Source of the DNA: Lingula anatina
Lineage: Eukaryota > Animalia > Brachiopoda
NCBI GenBank assembly: GCA_051362555.1
Contig: CM120644.1
Location: 194,954 to 258,953 of the forward strand
DNA length: 64,000 nucleotides
Direction: 5' to 3'
Shown: in pieces, positions 60,810-64,000 of the stretch
Position numbering within the stretch: the stretch's first letter is position 1
Layout: the number at the start of each line of letters is the position of its first letter
Notes under the pieces: model-generated
What the model was told of the DNA's origin: nothing
The model's input: only the letters and a program-made list of their open reading frames with translations
The model's database searches: none
Program-made: the position numbers and the translations under genes

Positions 60810-61212
60810 GTAAATAAATAAAGGATAATCGACTCATAAATATCATGAAATAGTTTTGACGATTCTCGCAGTGTGAATCTCCATTCAGAGGTAATAAATT
60901 TATCTATGTGAACTCTCTCTTTCTTTCTCTCTCTCTCAAGTTAATAAAAAACTAACGATAAGACACCCTAGCTTAATGACACGTTAAATGTGTTAATGAC
61001 AACATTAATGTAAATTACACCTCATTATAACTTAACATTTTACACCTTTGTGGTGTACATAATAGCAAAACTATGATGCAAATTAAAGTCAAAGACCTTG
61101 AATTTCAACTTTAAAGAAATAAATAATGCCAGTGAACGACCAAAACTGGCATGATTCATATAATTCTTTATTGATGGTTTTAACACTTAGGTATTATCTT
61201 TTCATTTTAAAG
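60658..61212. repeat. Dispersed duplicate of the Pif-like exon-1/promoter region (about 50001-50736) lacking the exon
   Basis: Long collinear near-identity (CTGATATCAAACGGC...TATGCCAGGTTCCCTCCTCAAGAACTG...GATTCTCGCAGTGTGAATCTCCATTCA...CCCTAGCTTAATGAC...TTTTACACCTTTGTGGTGTACAT). Confidence 0.9.
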
Positions 61213-62174
61213 CTGTACATCCTTGCCATAGTTATACAGAAGTTGACTATTAAGCGTCCTCTGCAGATGCAAGCCGAGCCATTAAGGCACCAGTTTCACG
61301 TATCCCAGTTGTAAAAACTGGCGAATAATGGAAGACGCCGATGGATTTCAACATCATTAACAAATGAGAAAGAAATTAAGTCTTTGAGTATTTAATTTTG
61401 CATTCAATGTTACAACGCATTTTCTTGTCACTATTATACCATGTTATATTGTATTTATTTAATATTTACGCCCAGATTACAAACTTTAAATTGTGCATTA
61501 CAGTTCACCTACATTTTGAGAAGTTGTATCCACAATTAGAGGTGTAGTAGCAGTCGTACAGTACATGGTTTCATTAATGTAGTCCTCAGAAAGAACCAAG
61601 GGATACGCTTTTTTGTGCTTTTTAAAGTCGACTGTGCCAGTACTCACAGCCAGGACTGTGTGCATTACGAAGGTGCACGTATGACAGGATGACGTGCATG
61701 TATTTAATGTACTTCTATGGTGTGACGAAGTCGTTGTCTTTATATTTTGCTGATGTTACGCGAGGTAGCAAATACAACCCAGGTATTATCTTCCTTATCA
61801 TTTATGGAACTACTGTCCAGTGTTGCCCGCGCCGCTTTCTTCATTTCTATTTCTACCTCATGCAATCTCTAGCGGCCTTCTCCCCCGTTTACATTACGCG
61901 CAGTTGTACATGTATAAAAAATAAGAGCATGTCAATCAACTCAAGTTACTCTACCAAACACTCCCCGCTCTTATTCACTGCATGCTGTCACTTACCGGTA
62001 CTAACATTGCATAGGTTAAAGCGCTAGTTTACCCTGTTTGCATATTTTCTCATTTAACTGTTCAGTTACAGCTTACACACCAAAGCATATTACAGTGAAT
62101 CAAAAAAGGTAAGATGTGTGCAATTCTGACAGATACATGTATATATGCATGTAGCAAATTGTAATAGAAACTAA

Positions 62175-63182
62175 AGCCTCGGTCATAACTGGACGTACGG
62201 GCTGCTACGTGTGGTCTACGGCTAAAAAGATAGGGAAAACGTAGGAGTTCGTGCGTGAGGAGCACGTCCATCGTGCGACTTTTGAAGGACGCAAACAGCA
62301 CGTAGACACTTTTCGACATGATCAACAGCCGCTACGTGCGATCTAGCTACGTCCTAGCCGGACGCAAGGAACCTAAAAACCGTGCGTCCAAAACGTAGTT
62401 GGGACCTAGGCTAAAGGAAGAGGAAAGATTGCAACGGAAAGGCACAAGTATGCCTTGCGAGTCGTAAAGCTAATTGCAAGGTGCTATAACTGTGGAAATT
62501 GTAATTTCTTCAGTTTATATTGCTACTTGCGCACGTGGCACGCACTCACAACTTATGAAGAAAATGCAACGCACGACGAAAGTAGTTCCCTAGCTTTTGT
62601 GTAACTTTTGCCTCACACTCTTGTGATGACCTACTGACGGCGTACGTCAATTTTGCCGCCTGTTCTCTCCTTCTTTCCTCTTCCTCCTCCCTTCTTTTCT
62701 GCCTTTTAAGCTTTTTTCCTTTGCCTTTTGGAGGCATATTAGGAGCCGAATTGAGCAAAATTCAAATTGTTGTACACGGTCGACATTAATTGTCGAGACA
62801 CAAGCATGCGTCGTCAGCACGCCTTTTATACTCCTTGCGTGGGGGTATCGCTCGTGCGACGCACTCCCAACGTTCTTTCGACTTTGTTCGTTTGCTGTGA
62901 GGGGGTGCGCCGTGCTCAACACGCAAAGGACACTTGCTCCTTCATTGTTTGCGACGTCTGTCTTGGACCATGCACGACTCACTTGCGAACTCCTTGCGAG
63001 GGGAGCACGTTACGCTTGCAGCCTCGGCGTTCTTAGATTATTCGTAGAATCTTTTGGATATGTCCAATGTCCTCCGTACGTACTCACGGTATGTCTGCGA
63101 ACTCCAAATTTCGCAAGATACTGCACAAAATTTGGACGCAAACAGGCCTTAAGAGCCCGTTTGGCCGGTTGTGACCGAGGCT
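62175..63182. mobile_element. PIF/Harbinger-type non-autonomous element, about 1 kb
   Basis: TIRs AGCCTCGGTCATAACTGGACGTACGGGCT / AGCCCGTTTGGCCGGTTGTGACCGAGGCT, exact TAA TSD (62172-62174, 63183-63185). Internal MPPKGKGKK... charged ORF remnant on minus. Confidence 0.8.
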
Positions 63183-63750
63183 TAAAGTGGAAGAATTGCG
63201 CAAAGTGTGTGTGTCAAGATTACAATGTAGAACCGAGATCGATAAATGACAATAATTTGAATGATCCTTTTTTAATTCAATTATATACGATTTATATAGT
63301 GGTTCAATGTTTATGGAACAACATATCAACCATACATTTGGTCCCACAACATACTTTCTTATGGAAATTATCTCTTTACTTTTGGTATGTTTTGAATAAA
63401 AGAGAATGCAATACTATGACTTTGCCAAATTGGGATATTTTGACTGTCTTTCTGATACTGTATATTACCTTAAAATACTATTTAAAACAACTGTAATAAA
63501 ATGGAGAACATCAGCAACTGGTAGTCAGTGCAAAATATCAACGAAGCCGTGGATTTATTCTACCAATTTTGTTGACATATTTATTCGTCCATTAAGGCAT
63601 ATATAATGCCAGATTGAACAATAGAGGTATTTTCCAAATAAAAACTTAAACTGTTGTTATACACAGCACATTTCGGTGTCGTGTTTTTGTATTTTAATGT
63701 TGCTTATTATACTGATTTTCAGCACGTTACTTCAAATTGACATGATCAAT

Positions 63751-63796
63751 ATGAAGATGACCGCATTTCTCGCCATTGTCCTGCTGTTTTCTTTGG
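63751..63796 (+). CDS. Defensin paralog 3, signal-peptide exon (rest of gene beyond window end)
   Basis: MKMTAFLAIVLLFSL+G, 46 nt, phase-1 donor GTAAGG, acceptor TTTCAG at 63722. Flank 63379-63830 is collinear with 53799-54250. Confidence 0.8.
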
Positions 63797-64000
63797 GTAA
63801 GGACCTCTGTCAGTATTCATGAATTGATACTAGGGCAACATCCACGTGCATGTGTGAAAATGAAAGTAAACCATATTTCTATTGATTCTTCTTTTTTTAT
63901 AACAAGGAGAGCAAACATGTATGTACACTGTAAAAACAGTGTTTAGCTCCTAAACACATTTCTAAGCGCCTGTTTTGTCTCATTTTTTTGGACGCGTTTA

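Overview
AT-rich, intron-containing animal DNA, most likely molluscan (GFGCP-type 8-Cys defensin, Pif-like chitin-binding/LamG protein). It is not prokaryotic, and most short ORFs in the supplied track are microsatellite or antisense artefacts. Genes I could reconstruct by hand: (1) an intronless orphan ORF of about 468 aa (minus, 2343-3749) between two minisatellites; (2) a single-coding-exon class A GPCR with a roughly 445-aa third intracellular loop (23937-26276); (3) a complete 10-exon CATIP (minus, 36241-43968) with an RFX X-box promoter; (4) a complete 9-exon secreted chitin-binding + laminin-G (Pif-like) gene (minus, 45631-50397); (5) a defensin cluster absent from the ORF track: one intact 2-coding-exon 8-Cys defensin (54165-54830), one broken copy (52624) and one copy running off the window end (63751); (6) the last exon of an F5/8 type C (discoidin) gene (minus, 59556-59735). 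The main finding is a young PIF/Harbinger-type transposon (perfect 49-bp TIRs) sitting exactly at the defensin stop codon. Removing it restores a C-terminal C-L-G-K-stop, a probable amidation signal. Several MITEs and tandem arrays are also present, including a 51-bp array built from a CATIP splice acceptor.
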